Positions 11,894 to 26,006 of a stretch of DNA of 64,000 bases are shown piece after piece. The first letter of the stretch is position 1, and the number at the start of each line of letters is the position of its first letter. The notes below the pieces were generated by a model. The model was not told where the DNA came from. It saw only the letters and a program-made list of their open reading frames with translations, and did not search any database. The DNA is taken from NCBI GenBank assembly GCA_977017645.1, contig OZ360236.1, positions 1,426,001 to 1,490,000 of the forward strand. Reading direction: 5' to 3'. Source of the DNA: Torpedo marmorata (lineage: Eukaryota). The position numbers were made by a program, and so were the translations under genes.

Positions 11894-12355
11894 CCGTACG
11901 TGCCGTTGTATAGGACGATCCGAAACTTTAAAATGTCACCTTGAAATCGGGTCGTCCTATACAAAGAGTCTAAAATTCTTACCTTGACGACAGTCGCGAC
12001 AGCACCGCCATCTTCCCGCCGGCTCCGACCCAATCTCGTGCATGCCCCATTAGTTATTTGCGAAGTCTCAACGCTCCTCTGCGGGGTCCATCCGCCCAGT
12101 CTGACTGATGTTGGCTCTGTACAGGCTTTAAACAGCCTGTTACAGGAGCCGACAGTGGTTCATTTTAAAATATCCAAATAAAATTGAAACCTGTAAATGA
12201 TCATTTGTTATTAAAATATTGTGATTTGCTTTTAACAGCATCCACTGGTCAGCAGTAAGTGACAGATTTGGGGGGCCGTCTTATACAAAGGGTATCACTC
12301 ACAACCTACATTTTAGGTGGAAAATCCGGGTGGTTCTATACAACGGCATATATGG
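11894..12355. mobile_element. Non-autonomous pogo/Tc1-mariner-type MITE, 462 bp
   Basis: TA TSD at 11892-11893 and 12356-12357; 20-bp TIRs ccgtacgtgccgttgtatag / ctatacaacggcatatatgg (3 mismatches); interrupts a CR1 ORF2 start region. Confidence 0.85.
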
Positions 12356-13084
12356 TATTTGTATTAATGCAAAACGCATTGCAGGTAAGGCAGAGGGACG
12401 AAGCCTGGATTAGTACAGGAGCTACGATATTGTAGCTATTACAGAAACTTGGTTGTGGGCAGGGCAGGGCTGGTAGCTCGACGTTCCAGGTACAGGGGTG
12501 TAAAATAGGTGGGAGAGTGGATTTGTTGATGAGGTAGAATGTTTCAACTGCACTAAGAGGACATTGTGGATCATTCATCCGCAGAGGTCATGTGGGTAGA
12601 GCTCAGGAATAAGAAAGGTGCATTCACCGTGATGGGTTTATACTATTGTCTCCCAGAGTGAGGAGCATACAGAAGAGTGCATCCTAGAACACGTCCTCAG
12701 GCCATGATGCCAATCTAAACTAATCCCATCTACCTGCAGAAAGTCTGTATCCCTCCATTCTTTGTCTGTGTCTTTGAATGCTTCTTAAACATAGCTGGAG
12801 TGCCCATAGATTCCAAGCCTTCCTTTGCATGTTTTGTGTGGAATTGGGAAAATCTCCAAGTGAATTGAGAGGGTGTCTGCTTCAATCAGATCATTTAAAA
12901 ATAAAAGTCTAAGTGGTAGAATCTGTTGGCTTTTGGAAGGTAAGGAATTGTCAGCGTGCATGGGGAATTATGTCTCAAATTTGATGCAAGTTCTGAAATT
13001 GGCTACATTTTGCATGGTACAGTGAGTAGGATTCCTCCACAGTCAAGCAGGTCAACTTGATCCTACATCTCTCATCCCTCAGAA

Positions 13085-13232
13085 CAGTGGATCTCGACCT
13101 TTTTTCCACTCAAATACCACATTAAGTAATCCGTCACTAACCACAGAGCACCTATGGCATGGGTGCTCTGTGGTTAGTAAGGGATTACTTAAGGTGGTAT
13201 GTGAGTGGAAAGACAAAGGTTGCGAACCACTG
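13085..13232. mobile_element. Palindromic hAT (Charlie-like) MITE, 148 bp
   Basis: Ends cagtggatctcgacc / ggttgcgaaccactg; the interior is also self-complementary (actaaccacagagcacc...ggtgctctgtggttagt); 8-bp flanks cctcagaa / gcttagaa. Confidence 0.8.
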
Positions 13233-14807
13233 GCTTAGAAAATCAAGAAGGGCTGCAGGCACATCCTGCTCAACAGGAATCAACCTAGCGAATCTCCTCT
13301 GAAATATCGCCGTGAACCATCTGGGCACAATGGACTTGTTTACTATGCTGTGTATTTTATGCCTCATGTAAAGCACTTTAGTTTGTTTAGAATTAGACCA
13401 ACAATCCAGGTTTAAAGGATCAAATCGATGACAATTTATTGATTGAACAAAGTTCAGGGGAGTGGTGCTGAGCATCTACACTGACTGAATTGTTGGAGAA
13501 AGCTATAATTGTACATTTCAGCCACGGCTTGTACTACACAGCCTTTTCCAAAATGTTCCTCTGAAAGTGGCACAGAGCATGCCATCCAAATCCTAAAGGA
13601 TGTCATGCCTCGGAACCACATAATTAGTGATGGGTTTAGTGGGTCAGGGATGATCAATTGCAGGTTCAAATCGCCTTTTCAAAAATAAAAGGCCTGACAT
13701 TGGATCTTCACAAAGGTGGCGAGCAGGCTGTAAAATTGAGGTCATCTTCCCCTGGGTTCGGCCCACGTGATGGAGCCGCTCCATCTGCCACTTCAATAAT
13801 TGATGAGTAACTTCAGATTCCAACCTGGCCGACTGAGGAGCGCCTCATTGGCCGGGGAGGGCAGGCAGCCTTTATTTCAAAGGGGAATTCAAGTCATTTT
13901 CTACATAAAGGATTTAAAAAGATGGTTTCAGTCCCATGTCTGCTCTTTCCCCATGGTGCTGCAAGTAATTTCTTTTAAAATATATTTCCAATTCCCTTTA
14001 CGTTTCTCTTTCTATATTTTGGTTGATTTTATTATAAACGCAAATATTTTAGTTCCTTCCAAATCTGAGAATGTGAAAGTCACGGGATTGATCCTTGCTG
14101 CTGCTTCTGCTGCTATTTAATTTATTCCAGTCGAAGTGACAACCATGAATATTTTATATTTACCTTCCCAGTCAGGACCAGAAGTAAAACACGAAAATCT
14201 GTTGGTTGTGACTCCTGCGTGAGAATTCAGCACCAAACCGGGTTGAGACTTGGTCCAGGCTTTCCCATTGCAAGGTGTCACTTTATCATTATTGCGTGCT
14301 CTGTTTTTTTTTAAAGATGGTATCATTGATGAGGAGCTTCATTACTTTTCCTTTGGCTCCTGTGAGCAGGCAGCAGGAGCTGATGGAAGTATAGTACGTT
14401 TCCACTGACGTTAACTGAAGAGTGTGCATCAGCTAATAGCTAGACTTGAACTTCAGCAGTTTACAATCACATCCCTACAGACATTATAACGAGTCTGCTA
14501 TGACTGGAAGGAGGCTCCTTATCCACCATATTTCTCATGTGACTACCGGTATTTGTTGGGGGGGGCAAGTTCCATGCATTCCCTCTACTGTCATCAGCTC
14601 TTTCGTTTTACCAATTACTGGGAAAAGCTGAAGACTTCTGAGATTATCTATTCTCTTTTTAAATGCAGTCAGAAATTTGAACAAAGTGTGCAGTGTTCTC
14701 CTGTAACCATTGTGCTTTGCCATCCTACTTTCGTTTGGTTGTATTAAATCAAAGTTAAAGAATAAAAACTGAAGATTATCTATGATTATCTTAGATCTTT
14801 GAAGGTT

Positions 14808-17452
14808 CAATAGGGATAGGAAGGGAGGTAAAAGAGGGGGGGGGAGTAGCATTACTCATCAGGGATAGTATCACAGCTGAATGGTGGGGAGGGAGTGTCC
14901 ACTGAGTCGGTGTGGGTGGAAGTCAGAAACAGGAAGGGAGCAATCACTGTATTGGGTGTACTCCATAGGCCCCCAAATAGCCCTCGGGACACTGAGGAGC
15001 AGATAAGCAGGCAGATTTTGGAATGGTGCAAAAATAACAGGGTTGTGGTTATGGGTGATTTCAACTTCCCAAATATTGACTGGCACCTCCTTACTGATGG
15101 GGCAGAATTTGTCAGGACTGTCCAAGAAGGATTCCTGACACAGTATGCTGACGAGAGGAGAGGCCATACTGGATCTAGTACTGGGTAATGAACCTGGTCA
15201 GTTGTCAGACCTCTCGGTGGGGGAGCATTTCGGTGATAGTGACCACAACTCCCTGAGCTTTAGCATAGCTATAGACAAGGATAAAAGCAGACAAAATGGG
15301 AAAGTGTTTAATTGGGAAAGGACTAATTACAATGGGATGAGGCAGGAACTAGCGAGAGTAAATTGGGAACAGATGTTCAAGGGTGAAAGCATAGAACTAA
15401 TGTGGAGGAAGTTTAGGGATCACTTGTGCAGGGTTCAGGATAGGTTTGTCTCACTGAGATAGGGAAAAGATGGTAGGATCAGGGAACTGTGGTTGACAAA
15501 AGAGGTGAGACCGCTAGTTAAGAGGAAGAAGGTAGCATACAGAAGGTTTAGGAAGCAAAAGTCAGGAAGGGCTCATGAGAATTGTATGGTTGCCAGGAAG
15601 GAACTTAAGAATGGACTTCAGAGAGCTAAAGGGGGTCGAGAAAGCCTTGGTAAGCAGGATTAAGGAAAACCCGAAGGTGTTCTAGACATATGTGAAGAAC
15701 AGAAGGATGACGAGAGAGAAGGTAGGGTCACTTAAGGATAAAGGAGAGAACATGTGCCTGGAGGCAGACAAGATCAGGGAGGTTCTAAATGAATACTTTG
15801 CTTCAGTATTCACCAGAGAGCAGGACCTTGGTCAATGTAAGGTCAGTACAGAACAAGCTATGTGCTGGAGCATGTTGAGGTTAAGAAAGAGGATCTTCTT
15901 AAAACATTAGGATTGCTAAGTCCCTGGGACCGGATGAGATATACTGCAGGTTGCTACAGGAAGTGAGGGAAGAGATTGCTGGGGCGTTGGCGATGATCTT
16001 TGCATCCTCCCTGGCCACTGGGAAGGTACCAGAGGATTGGAGAATGGCAAATGTAGTCCCCCTTATTTAAAAAATGCAATGTGGAGAATCCCAGGAATTA
16101 TAGACCAGTGAGTCTAATGTCAGTGGTGGGCAAACGATTGGAGAGATTCTTAGGGACAGGGTTTAGAGCATTTAGAGAAGCATATTCTTCTCATGGCTTT
16201 GTGAAGGGAAGGCCGTGCCTCATGAGCCTAATTGAGTTTTTTGAGGAAGTGTCAAAAGAAATTGATGAGGGTAGGGCGATAGATGTGGTCTACATGGATT
16301 TTAGTAAGGCATTTGTCCAGGTCCCCCATGGTAGACTCGTTCAGAAAGTCATGAGGCATGGGATCCATGGAACTTTAGCTGTGTGGATTCAGAATTGGCT
16401 TGCCTGTTGAAAGCGGAGAGTAGTAGTGGATGGAAAGTATTCTGCCTGGAGGTCAGTGACTAGTGGAGTTCTGCAGGGATCTTTTCTGGGACCCCTGTTC
16501 TTTGTGATTTTTATAAATGTCCTGGACAAAGAAGTGGAAGGATGGGTAGTAAATTTGCAGATGACACAAAGGTTAGAGGTGTAATGGATAGCAAATGTTG
16601 TCGTAGGTTACAACAGGACATAGACAGGATGCTGAGCAGAAAAGTGGCAGATGGAGTTCAATCCGGATAAGTGTGAGGTGATGCATTTTGGCAGGTCAAA
16701 CTTGAAGGCTGAGTACATGGTTAATGGCAAGATTCTTAACAGTGTGGTAGAACAGAGGGACCTTGGGGTCTAAATCCATAGATCTCTCAAGGTTGCCAAA
16801 CAGGTTGATAGGGTAGTTCAGAAGGCTTACAGTATGCTGGGCTTCATTAGTCGGGGGATTGAGTACAAGAGCAGTGAGGTGATGTTGCAGCTCTATAAAA
16901 CTCTGGTGAGATCACACTTGGAATATTGTGTTCAATTCTGGTCGCCTCATTATAGGAAGGATGTGGAGGCTATGGAGAGGGTGCAGAGGAGATTTAACAG
17001 GATGTTACCTGGATTGGAGAACGTGTCTTATGAGGCAAGGTTAGCAGAGTTAGGGCTTTTTTCTTTGGAGTGAAGAAGGATGAGAGGTGACTTAATAAAG
17101 GTCGACAAGATTATGAAAGTCATAGTTAGGGTGGACAGCCAGCACCTTTTTCCCGGGGCGACAGTAGCAAATACCAGAGGACATCTGTATAAGGTGAAGG
17201 GAGGGAAGTTTAGGGGAGGCGTCAGGGGTAAGTTTTTTTACAGAGAGTAGTGGGTGCCTGGAATGCATTGCCAGGGGTGGTGGTGAAGGCTGGTATAATA
17301 GGGACATTTAAGAGACTCTTAGGCGGTCACATGGGGATGTAAGAAAAAAATGGAGTGTTACAGGTGTGAGGTGGGGAAGGTTTAATTTGTTGAGTAGGTT
17401 TATGTAGGTCAGCACAACATCGAGGGCCTGTACTGTGCTGTAATGTTCTATG
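14808..17452 (+). mobile_element. CR1-clade LINE, decayed ORF2 (APE endonuclease plus RT) to 3' end
   Basis: ESVWVEVRNRKG, VVMGDFNFPNIDW, GDSDHN, NYRPVSL, VYMDFSKAF, LEYCVQFWSPHYRKD in successive frames, with stops and frameshifts. Confidence 0.9.
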
Positions 17453-18139
17453 ATTACAACAGGGTCTAGATGAACTGGGCAAAGTGGCAGAAGGAATTTA
17501 ATTCTGACAAATGCGAATTGCACTCTGGTGGGTTAAACCAGAGCAGGACTTGCACAGTGAATGGTGGGGCCCAGGGGTGTGCTGTAGCACAAAGGGACTT
17601 GGGGGCTGCGGGGGGAGAAGTACAGGTTCCATGGAAGTGGTGCAGGTAGATAGGTTGGTGAAGAAGGGGTTTGGCACATTTGCCTTGATCGGTCAGGTTA
17701 CTGAGTGCAGGAACAGCGATGTCATGGTACAACTGTACATGACATTGGTGAGACCACACAGTTGGGAAAGATATCTCGAAACTGGAAAGGGTGCAGAAAT
17801 GATTCACAAGAATGTAGCAGGGAGTGGTCAGCTTGAAATGTAAGGAGAGACCGGATTGCCTGGGACTTTCCTCTCTGGAGCATAGGAGGCTGAGGGGGTC
17901 TTATAGAGGTTTACAAAATCATGAGGGGCATCGATAAGGTATATCGTCTTTCTAGGAGGGGATAGTTTTGAGGTGGGAAGGGATATTTTTGAGAGAGCTG
18001 AGGGGGTCTACCTTCACACAGGGTTGTGGATGTGTGGAATGAGCTGCCAGCAGAAGCAGGGACAAATGTAACGTTCAAGAGACAGGTACAAGAAGACATG
18101 TACGGATAGGAAAGGTTTCGAGGGATATGGGCTGAACGC

Positions 18140-18620
18140 AGACAAACCCCATTCCCTTGCTGACATGTCTGTCCATGGTCTCATGCACTGCCAGACAGAG
18201 ACCACCCACAGATTGGAGGAACAACACCTCATCTTCCGTCTGGGCACCCTCCAACCGGATGGCATTAACATCGACTTCTCCGATTTCTGTTAGCCCCACC
18301 TCCCCAATCTATCCCTATTTCTCCTTTCCTCTGTCTCTCTCCCTTTCCCCTCTGTCTCCTTTCCCCCAGCTCTGCCTTCACAGAGCCACCCCCTCCCCAT
18401 CATTTTCCATCTTTCCTCTCCTGTCCTCCTATCCATGACCAATTATCACCTTTTGTCTGTTGGCCTGTGCTCCTCCCCCTGCTCTTTCCTTCTCCCCAGC
18501 CTTTTAATTCAGGCGCCGGGCCACTTTATACTTGTACCTCACTGATGGGCTCAGGCCTGAAACGTTGGTTATATATCTTTACCTCCTATGGATGCTGCAA
18601 GACCAGCATTTGTGTTTTCG
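18140..18620 (+). mobile_element. Penelope-like 3' fragment inserted in a CR1 3' end
   Basis: gacatgtctgtccatggtctcatgcactg...ggaggaacaacacctcatcttccgtctgggc...gatggcattaacatcgacttc as at 52920-53030; hammerhead-like motif near 18542-18567. Confidence 0.7.
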
Positions 18621-19349
18621 CAGGCAAATGGGACTAGTTTGGTCAAGATGGGCTGAAGGGCCTGTTTCCATGCTCTAGAACCCTGACCTTTTTTTAATTG
18701 GATAATCCTTCATTGGCATTTGAATCCTGCTGGAATCTCAACACATCATGGTGTGCCAGCACAGGAACCATAGAACACAGCTCAGAAAGAGGCCCTTCGG
18801 CCTTTCTAGTCTGTGCTTGACAACAGAAGTTTCATCATCTGTGAAACAAGAAAATCTGTAGACGCTGTGATTGTAGTAAATACACAACTGCTTGAGGAAC
18901 TCAGCTGGTCTCGCAGCGTCCATAAGAGGCAAAAATATAACCAATGTTTCGGGCCTGAGCCCTTCCTCAAGGGCTCATCTTCATCTCGCAGGAGGGTTGC
19001 AATTTTTTTATCCTCCATCCGTCTCATCCTTGGACTTGTCGAAATGAGATTACCTAATTACTGCTGAGCATTGAAAATGTTACAATGATGGCTGATTTAA
19101 CATTTACCATGGAGCATACTGTGCACCACGTTTAATAAGTCAAGAGAGTAAGCGTTTGAATTTAGTACCTGACTGCACCACAAGAATCTTCCTGTAAAAT
19201 GTGCGTGGATCGTGTCATTTTATAATCGAATGCTTTCTGTCGGCGTTTCGAGGGAACACTGCCACCTCAGGTTCCCTTCAAGGACACACCATTCTGTCCT
19301 GTTCAAACTAAACTTTCAACGACACCTTCTGGCCATTGAAACCCGTGTC

Positions 19350-19515
19350 ACCCAATTAACCCACTAACCATGCGTTCTGAAGGGTGGGAGGAAACCGGAG
19401 CCCCCGGGGAAAACCCACGCAGGTCACAGGGAGAATGTACAAACTCCTTACAGACAGCGCCGGATTCGAACCTGGGTCGCTGGCGCTGTAACAGCGTTGC
19501 GTGAACCGCTACGCC
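19350..19515 (-). mobile_element. V-SINE copy
   Basis: Reverse complement of the V domain and tRNA head (gggtgggaggaaaccggag...ggattcgaacc). Confidence 0.75.
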
Positions 19516-20050
19516 CAAGGAGGTTCAAGGAGCTGGCCCCACCCACCTTTTCAAAGACCATTAACGATCGGTAACAAATACTGCCCTTGTTAGTGGTGCT
19601 CAAATCCCAAAAAATGAATTTTGAAAATACTAGGTGTTTTTATTTGACGAACCAGAAACCAAGCGGGTGTTGCAGCTGATGCATCTGCGCAGCTCCCGTG
19701 ACTGGAATTCAATGCTGACCTCCAGTGCTTTCTGTGTTCAGTGCGCACTCTCCTTTTGACCTTGCATCCCAAAGACATGTTCCATGGGTTAAGTGGCCAC
19801 TGTAAATTGTCCATGGTGGAGAGTGAGGGCGGAATCTGGGGGGAATTGGGAATGTGGGAAGAATGAAATGGGTGGTTAAGGGTTGGCATGGACTTGATGG
19901 GGTGAAGGGTCTGTTGGCATGCTACGTTACTCCAGGACTTTAAGCCTGATGTAATTATGCTGTAATGGTAAACTTGGTTTTAGAAAATACTTATTTGGAT
20001 AATAGTGCATTACATCGACTTGTCCTAATCAGCACTGTTGACTCCAACAG

Positions 20051-20226
20051 GTAACCGGCATGGTTTATTGGTCCCTAATAACACAACTGATCAGGAGCTG
20101 CAACACATTCGAAATTGTCTCCCGGAATCTGTGGCCATCCAAAGAGTTGAGGAACGCCTGTCTGCACTCGGCAATGTTATCGCCTGCAATGACTACGTGG
20201 CCTTGGTGCACCCAGACCTCGACAGG
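20051..20226 (+). CDS. eif6: eIF6 coding exon (176 bp)
   Basis: caacag|gt aac cgg...gac agg|gtacgt; [59 protein letters not shown]; phase matches the previous exon. Confidence 0.97.
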
Positions 20227-21287
20227 GTACGTGCGCTCTCTTTGCAGTATCTTATTGGCTGAATTGATGGAGCAGGGAATCTACACATTACTGAGGGATG
20301 TGGTCCTGATGAGTTAAATTAGTCTCGTCCGCAGTAGAGCTTTCCGGTAATACAGCAGGGAAACCACATTCGTGGATCACTTTTTGTACATTCTGGCTTG
20401 AATTTCAGTAAAGTTGGCAACATTTCCAAATTTGCAGCTAACAGAAAACTTGGAGGCATAAAACGAGGCTGAACATTGCAGACCAAGATGTATATGGCTG
20501 GTGAAATCAGCACAGATGGCAGATGAAATATAATACCAAGAAATGTGAAGAGCTGAATTCTGATGAGAAGAGGCACTATTAACTACAGGGCACAATTATA
20601 AGAGGGGCTGAAGAACAGATCTGAGAATGTATGTGCACGGTTGAAGGTGGGGGCAAATTGAGGAAGTGTTTAAAAATACATCTTTGGCAGAGCCATGGTA
20701 CAAGAGCAAAGAAGTGATGATTCATCTTTTTAAAACACTGGTTATACTGGAGTTTTGTGTTCAATCCTGGATGTAATTCTGGAGGGAAGATGTGAAGATT
20801 TTGAGAGTGTTCCGAAGAGACTAACCCAAATGCTTCCAAGGAAGGGGACTTGAGATGTGGAGATGGTCGGGAGAGGCTGGGGTTGATCCATAAAAGAGTT
20901 CTACGTACAAATTAGAAGCCAGAAAGACTGTTCAGTTGCTCAAGCCAGCTTCTCCATTTACATGTAGAATCGTACAGCATGTAAACTGACTCGACTCACC
21001 CTGTCCATCACAACCGTGATGCCTATCTACACAAATCCCATCTGCAATTAGGCCCATATCCCTCTGCCTTTCCTTAGTACCCGTTCAAACTCTTAAACTT
21101 GATTGTATCTGCCTCCACCACCACCTCTGATGACTTGTTCTATATAACCACCACCCTCTGTGTGGATAAACTTCCCTCTTAGATCACCTTGAAAATTTCA
21201 CCCCTCACTTTTAACCTGTGCCCTTTAGTTCAAGACTCCCCTGTCCTGCGGGAAAAACGTCACATCTATGCCCTTCATAGTTTTACA

Positions 21288-21500
21288 TTTTAAATTTAGA
21301 CATGCAGCACAGTAACAGGACCTTATGGCCCACTAGCTTGTCTCCCCCAAATGCACCAACCATACGTTTTGAAGGGTGGGAGGAAACCGGAGCACCTGGA
21401 GGAAACCCACGCAGACACGGGGAGAACGTACAAACTCCTTACAGACAGCGCCAGATTCGAACCCGGGTCGCTGGCTCTGTAATAGTGTTGCGCTAACTGT
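21288..21500 (-). mobile_element. V-SINE copy inserted in a minus-strand CR1 remnant
   Basis: Same family sequence as 10771, reversed. Confidence 0.75.
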
Positions 21501-24436
21501 TTGAATAACTTCTGCAATGTTGTACCTCAGCCTCTGACATTCCAGTGAGAATAAACCAGAGTATCCAATCTCCCACACCTATAGCCCTTCATTCATATCA
21601 TGGTGAACCTAGTCTGTGCTCTCTGCTGCCACATTCATACTTGGTGTGGTGAAAATGCGTGCAGTCCAACCACTTATGTACAGCTTCCCAACTCGTACAT
21701 ACAGGCAAGCATATCAAATGCCATTTTCACTGCACTGTGTCATCACTTTGAGGGAGTTATGGACGTACCCAAGATCCATCTGTGTATCAACACCCCTAAG
21801 GTTCCTGCCAGTTGTTATGTACTACCAGAATTTTTTCTCCCACTTGTCTGGATGAAACTCCATCTGCCACCACTCTGCCCAACTTTCCAGATGATCTATG
21901 TCATGCTGTATCCTTAGATGAACTTCCTTACTATCAACGTTGCTGATTTTTGTGTCATCTATATGACAAACAACAAAAATCCAAGCAGCGATCCATGTGA
22001 ATCACTACTTGTTATAGATTTCCTGTCAGAAAAACGCTCATCCACCACCACCCTCTCCCTCCGATCATCGTGCCAATTTTAGCTACAGTTTGTCAACACA
22101 ACTCTGAATCTCTGTCTCTGGACCAGCCTACTATCGGGACCTTGTCAAAGTCTCATTAAATTCCATGTAAACCACTTCTACCACTCTGCCTTCAGCAATT
22201 TTCTTAGTTACCTCCTCAAAAAAAGGGTCAGGTTTGTGAGACGTGATCTCCCCTGTGCAAAACCTGACGCTGGCCCCTAATCACCCCCTGCCTTTCCAAG
22301 TGAACATAAATCCTGTCCCTCAGAATCTTCTCCAACAACTTCCCTACCATGATGTGATATGGTGATAGTTCATCTGATCCCCACTATAACTCTGCATTCC
22401 TGTCTATCCTTGACAGTCTTTCACTGTCTTCTCAGAATCTACCTACACATGCCTTAAAATATTCAAAGCTTCTGCTCTACTGCCCTTTGGAAGGGTTCAA
22501 AAGATTCCCAATGCTTGTTAGAAAAGATTTCACTGCCACATTGTTTCAAGTAGAAGACTTCTTGTGTTTAAACTATGACCCCTGGTTCTAGATTCTCTGA
22601 GGAGAAAGCATTCTCGCCATCCCCACTGGCAAGACCCCACAGGATGGTGAAGGGACCTGGTGGAAGAGGGAAGAACTTGGGGAATAGATCCCCTATCATC
22701 AGGTTGATTCCAGAAATGAGGGGCTAAGCTTAGAAAGGGAGATTGAGTTGCCTGGGACTGTGCTCACTGGAGTTTAGAAGGATGGTGGGGGGGGTCTTGT
22801 AGAAATATATAAAATTATCAAAGTAATAGATGGAAGCAGGGAGTTTTTTCCACTGGTGGGTGACACCAGAACTAGGGTACACAGCCTGAAGATTCAGGGG
22901 AGTAGAGTAAGACAGATGGGGGTGTACTGCTCCCAGAGAGTAGTGAATCTGTGGGATTTCCTGCCCGAGGAAGCGGTAAGGCTGCCACATTAAGTGTATT
23001 TGATGTACAGGTAGATTTTTGAACAGTAGGGAAATTAAGGGTAATGGGGAACGAATGGGTAAGTGTAGCTGAGTCCATGTCCAGATCAACCTTGATGTAA
23101 TTGAATTGTGATGCAGGCTCCATGGGCCAGATGGCTCCTCCTCCTATTCCTGAGTTCCTGTGAAAGGGATAAAGGGAAAGGAACCAAATGTAATGAGCAG
23201 TTTTGAGTTTGTCATGCAGTGCTCGAGATGGGAGTAGAGGCAGATTCAGTTGTAGCCTTCAGCAGGAAGCTGGAGAATTGTGAGGAAGGATTGAACGTGC
23301 AGGGCGCTGGGGAAAGATAAGTGGGATCACTGGAACTGCTTGATAAAAGTGGTGTAGAGTTGACTGGTCGAATGCCCCCTCCCTCCCCACTGTGTAGTGC
23401 CCATTCCCTGGTTCCATTCCTCAGGCAAAGAGAGAGTTGCTTCCGAGAAGGCACATCTCCCCGACTCTTACCTTCCATGTTGGAGCCTGGTTGTTTTGAA
23501 TGCCAACAATCTGAGTGTGTTGTTCACAGCAAGGTTACTTTAATATTGTTTGTTTTAGACCCTTCCCATTAGTGTCTGAACTGGCAGGCAGCAACATCAG
23601 TGAAATATGTAGCACTCTGGTTTGTCTGACTTGCCTGAGATTTCCATCCATGGTATGTGATTTACAGAAGGGGCTCTGTGTCTGCATGCCAGCTAATTAA
23701 ATATGAGTTGTGAATTCTGGCCCTTCTGCCAATGCCGTCTCTGAGTGAAAGGATCTGGAGTGCAAAGATTCTCACATTTTTTGATGGAAAAGGCTTTGTG
23801 TGTTGTAGCCATGACAACTGTTTGTAGAATGAATTGGAAGGGGAATTTGTTATCCAGAAGCTGTTTTCAAGGAGTGCACTTTGGAATAAACACAAACTGC
23901 TCCAGCTATTCAGTGGGTCAGGCAGCATCTGTGGAGAGCGAGCAGAGTCGGTGTTTCAGACAGAAAACCAGGGTGTTCTCATTGACAGAGGGAGAACTGA
24001 GGGAACATCTGTGATGAGGTGGAGACTAAAGTTGTCCAGGTGACAAAACTTTTCATTAATAAATGTTTGAGCATTTAGAGAGAAAACAAAGAACACATTG
24101 GAGCTGTGCGGCGTAGTACACAGATCAAATAGAATATCTAACATTACTGCAGGCCCTTCACCCACGATGTTGTGCTGACCTATATAAACCTACTCCACAT
24201 CAGTCTAACCCTTCTCTCCCTCACCACCCATAACCCTCCATTTTTCTTACATCCATGTGCCTATCTAAGTCTTTTAATGTCCCCATTGTATCATCCTCTA
24301 CCACCTTCCAGGCACCCACAACTCTGTGGGGGAAAAAACACCTACCTCTGACATCTCCCCTGAACTTTCTTGCACTCACTTTAAATTGATGTCATGTGCG
24401 CTGACGTGATGAATGTATTCACTGATGGAATTGGGG

Positions 24437-24945
24437 AATCAGAATCAGAATTTATTGTCATGAACAAGTCACGAAATTTGGTGTTTTCCGGCAGTATCAT
24501 AGTGCAAACATTCATATTATGAACCATCTTACAACAATAATATATTTTAAAAAATAAAAATAATAGTGCACGAAAAGTAAGGCAGTGTCTTTGGTTCATT
24601 GATTATTCAGGAATCTGATGGCAGCGGGGAAGAAGCTGTCCTTGTGCCGTTGAGTGCTCGTCTTTAGGCTCCTGTACCTCCTTCCCGATGGTAGCAGAGC
24701 GAAGAGGGCATGGCCTGGGTGGTGGGGGTCTTTGAGGATAGAGGCTGCTTTTTTAAGACACCGTCTCGTATAGATGTCCTCGATGGAGTGAAGTCTGGTG
24801 CCTGTGATGTCGCAGGCCGAGTTAACAACCCTCTGGAGTTTTTTCTTGTCCTGAGATTTGGCGCCTCCATACCAGACAGTGATGCAACCAGCCAGAATGC
24901 TTTCCACGGTACACCTGTAGAAGTTTTTGAGAGTCTTCGGTGACA
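24437..24945 (-). mobile_element. Rex1/Babar-type LINE, short 3' copy
   Basis: [28 protein letters not shown]...[11 protein letters not shown]; (aatcag)n tail; close match to 55350-55862. Confidence 0.85.
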
Positions 24946-26006
24946 TATGTTGCCACAGAAGAGGTGTACGAGGCAGTAACAGGCGTAACTGTAGATAATT
25001 CCCAAGGGCATAGTCATGCTGCTGTGGGAGGACTGAGCATTCCAGCGATGAGGAAGACGGAGGTTTTCACTTTGAAACTGAGGGGCCCTATAGGGTAGAT
25101 ATGAGAAACCGTTAACACGGGTACTTATAACCAGGGTGCATAGTTTAAGCCAAGACAGAGTTATTGATAATTTGAGGGCAGTTGAAATCTGGGTCACTGC
25201 CCGTGGCGTGGAATGGTGGAGTTGTACACAGTATGACAGCAGGCCCTTCAGCACATCGAGTCTACGCCACCCGTTCATACAAATCCCACATTTTCATTAC
25301 TTCCCCTCAAATTTGACCACTCACCCACACAGGTATCTTACAGCAACCAATTAACCCACCAACCTGTACATCACAGGGTAGACGAGCACTTGAAATGTCA
25401 TACGTTGAAGGCTGGGAGTTGTCTGGTGGTGAAGAGGATAGTGTAGATTGGGACTTGGTTTGCATGGACAGAGTTTGCCAACAGGCCTGATTCCATGTCA
25501 GATAATCAGTGGCTCTATTTTTCTGAATGTTGAAGGGATATGGGGTGAATATGGGAATAGATATTGAAATGAATCCTGTTGAATGGTGGAACAGGGCTTT
25601 TTGTTGCTGTAATTTAAGAATCTCTCAGCAGATGATATTTATCCAAGTCAGGCCCTCCACCAATTCCCTCGATGGCAAATGGCGTCTAAAATAAAAGAAT
25701 CTGGGAGCTGCCACTGCTCGGCTGGTGGAGCAGGAGTAAGAATGAAGAGCGAGCTACAATCCTGTGTCAGTCACCACTTTGGGTAATCTCTCCACTCCTC
25801 GCAAGGCAGATGCATTCTCTGCTAGGACTGCCACGCTCTGTGCAGGAAGTGCTTTGTGTTGATGTCAAGGCAGAGAAGCTTGCTAAGTAGGTTCATGTGT
25901 CAGCATCACGAATAATACCTGGTGGAGTTTCACCCAACGTGCCACCATGATCGGCTGGGGTGAAAGGTTGACTAAACCAAGATCAAGGAAAGCGTGTGGA
26001 AGGATG

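Noticed and set aside
14325-14385. C/D box snoRNA (tgatga...ctga)
   Set aside because: Imperfect C box, no independent terminal stem, and no rRNA complementarity that I can recognise.
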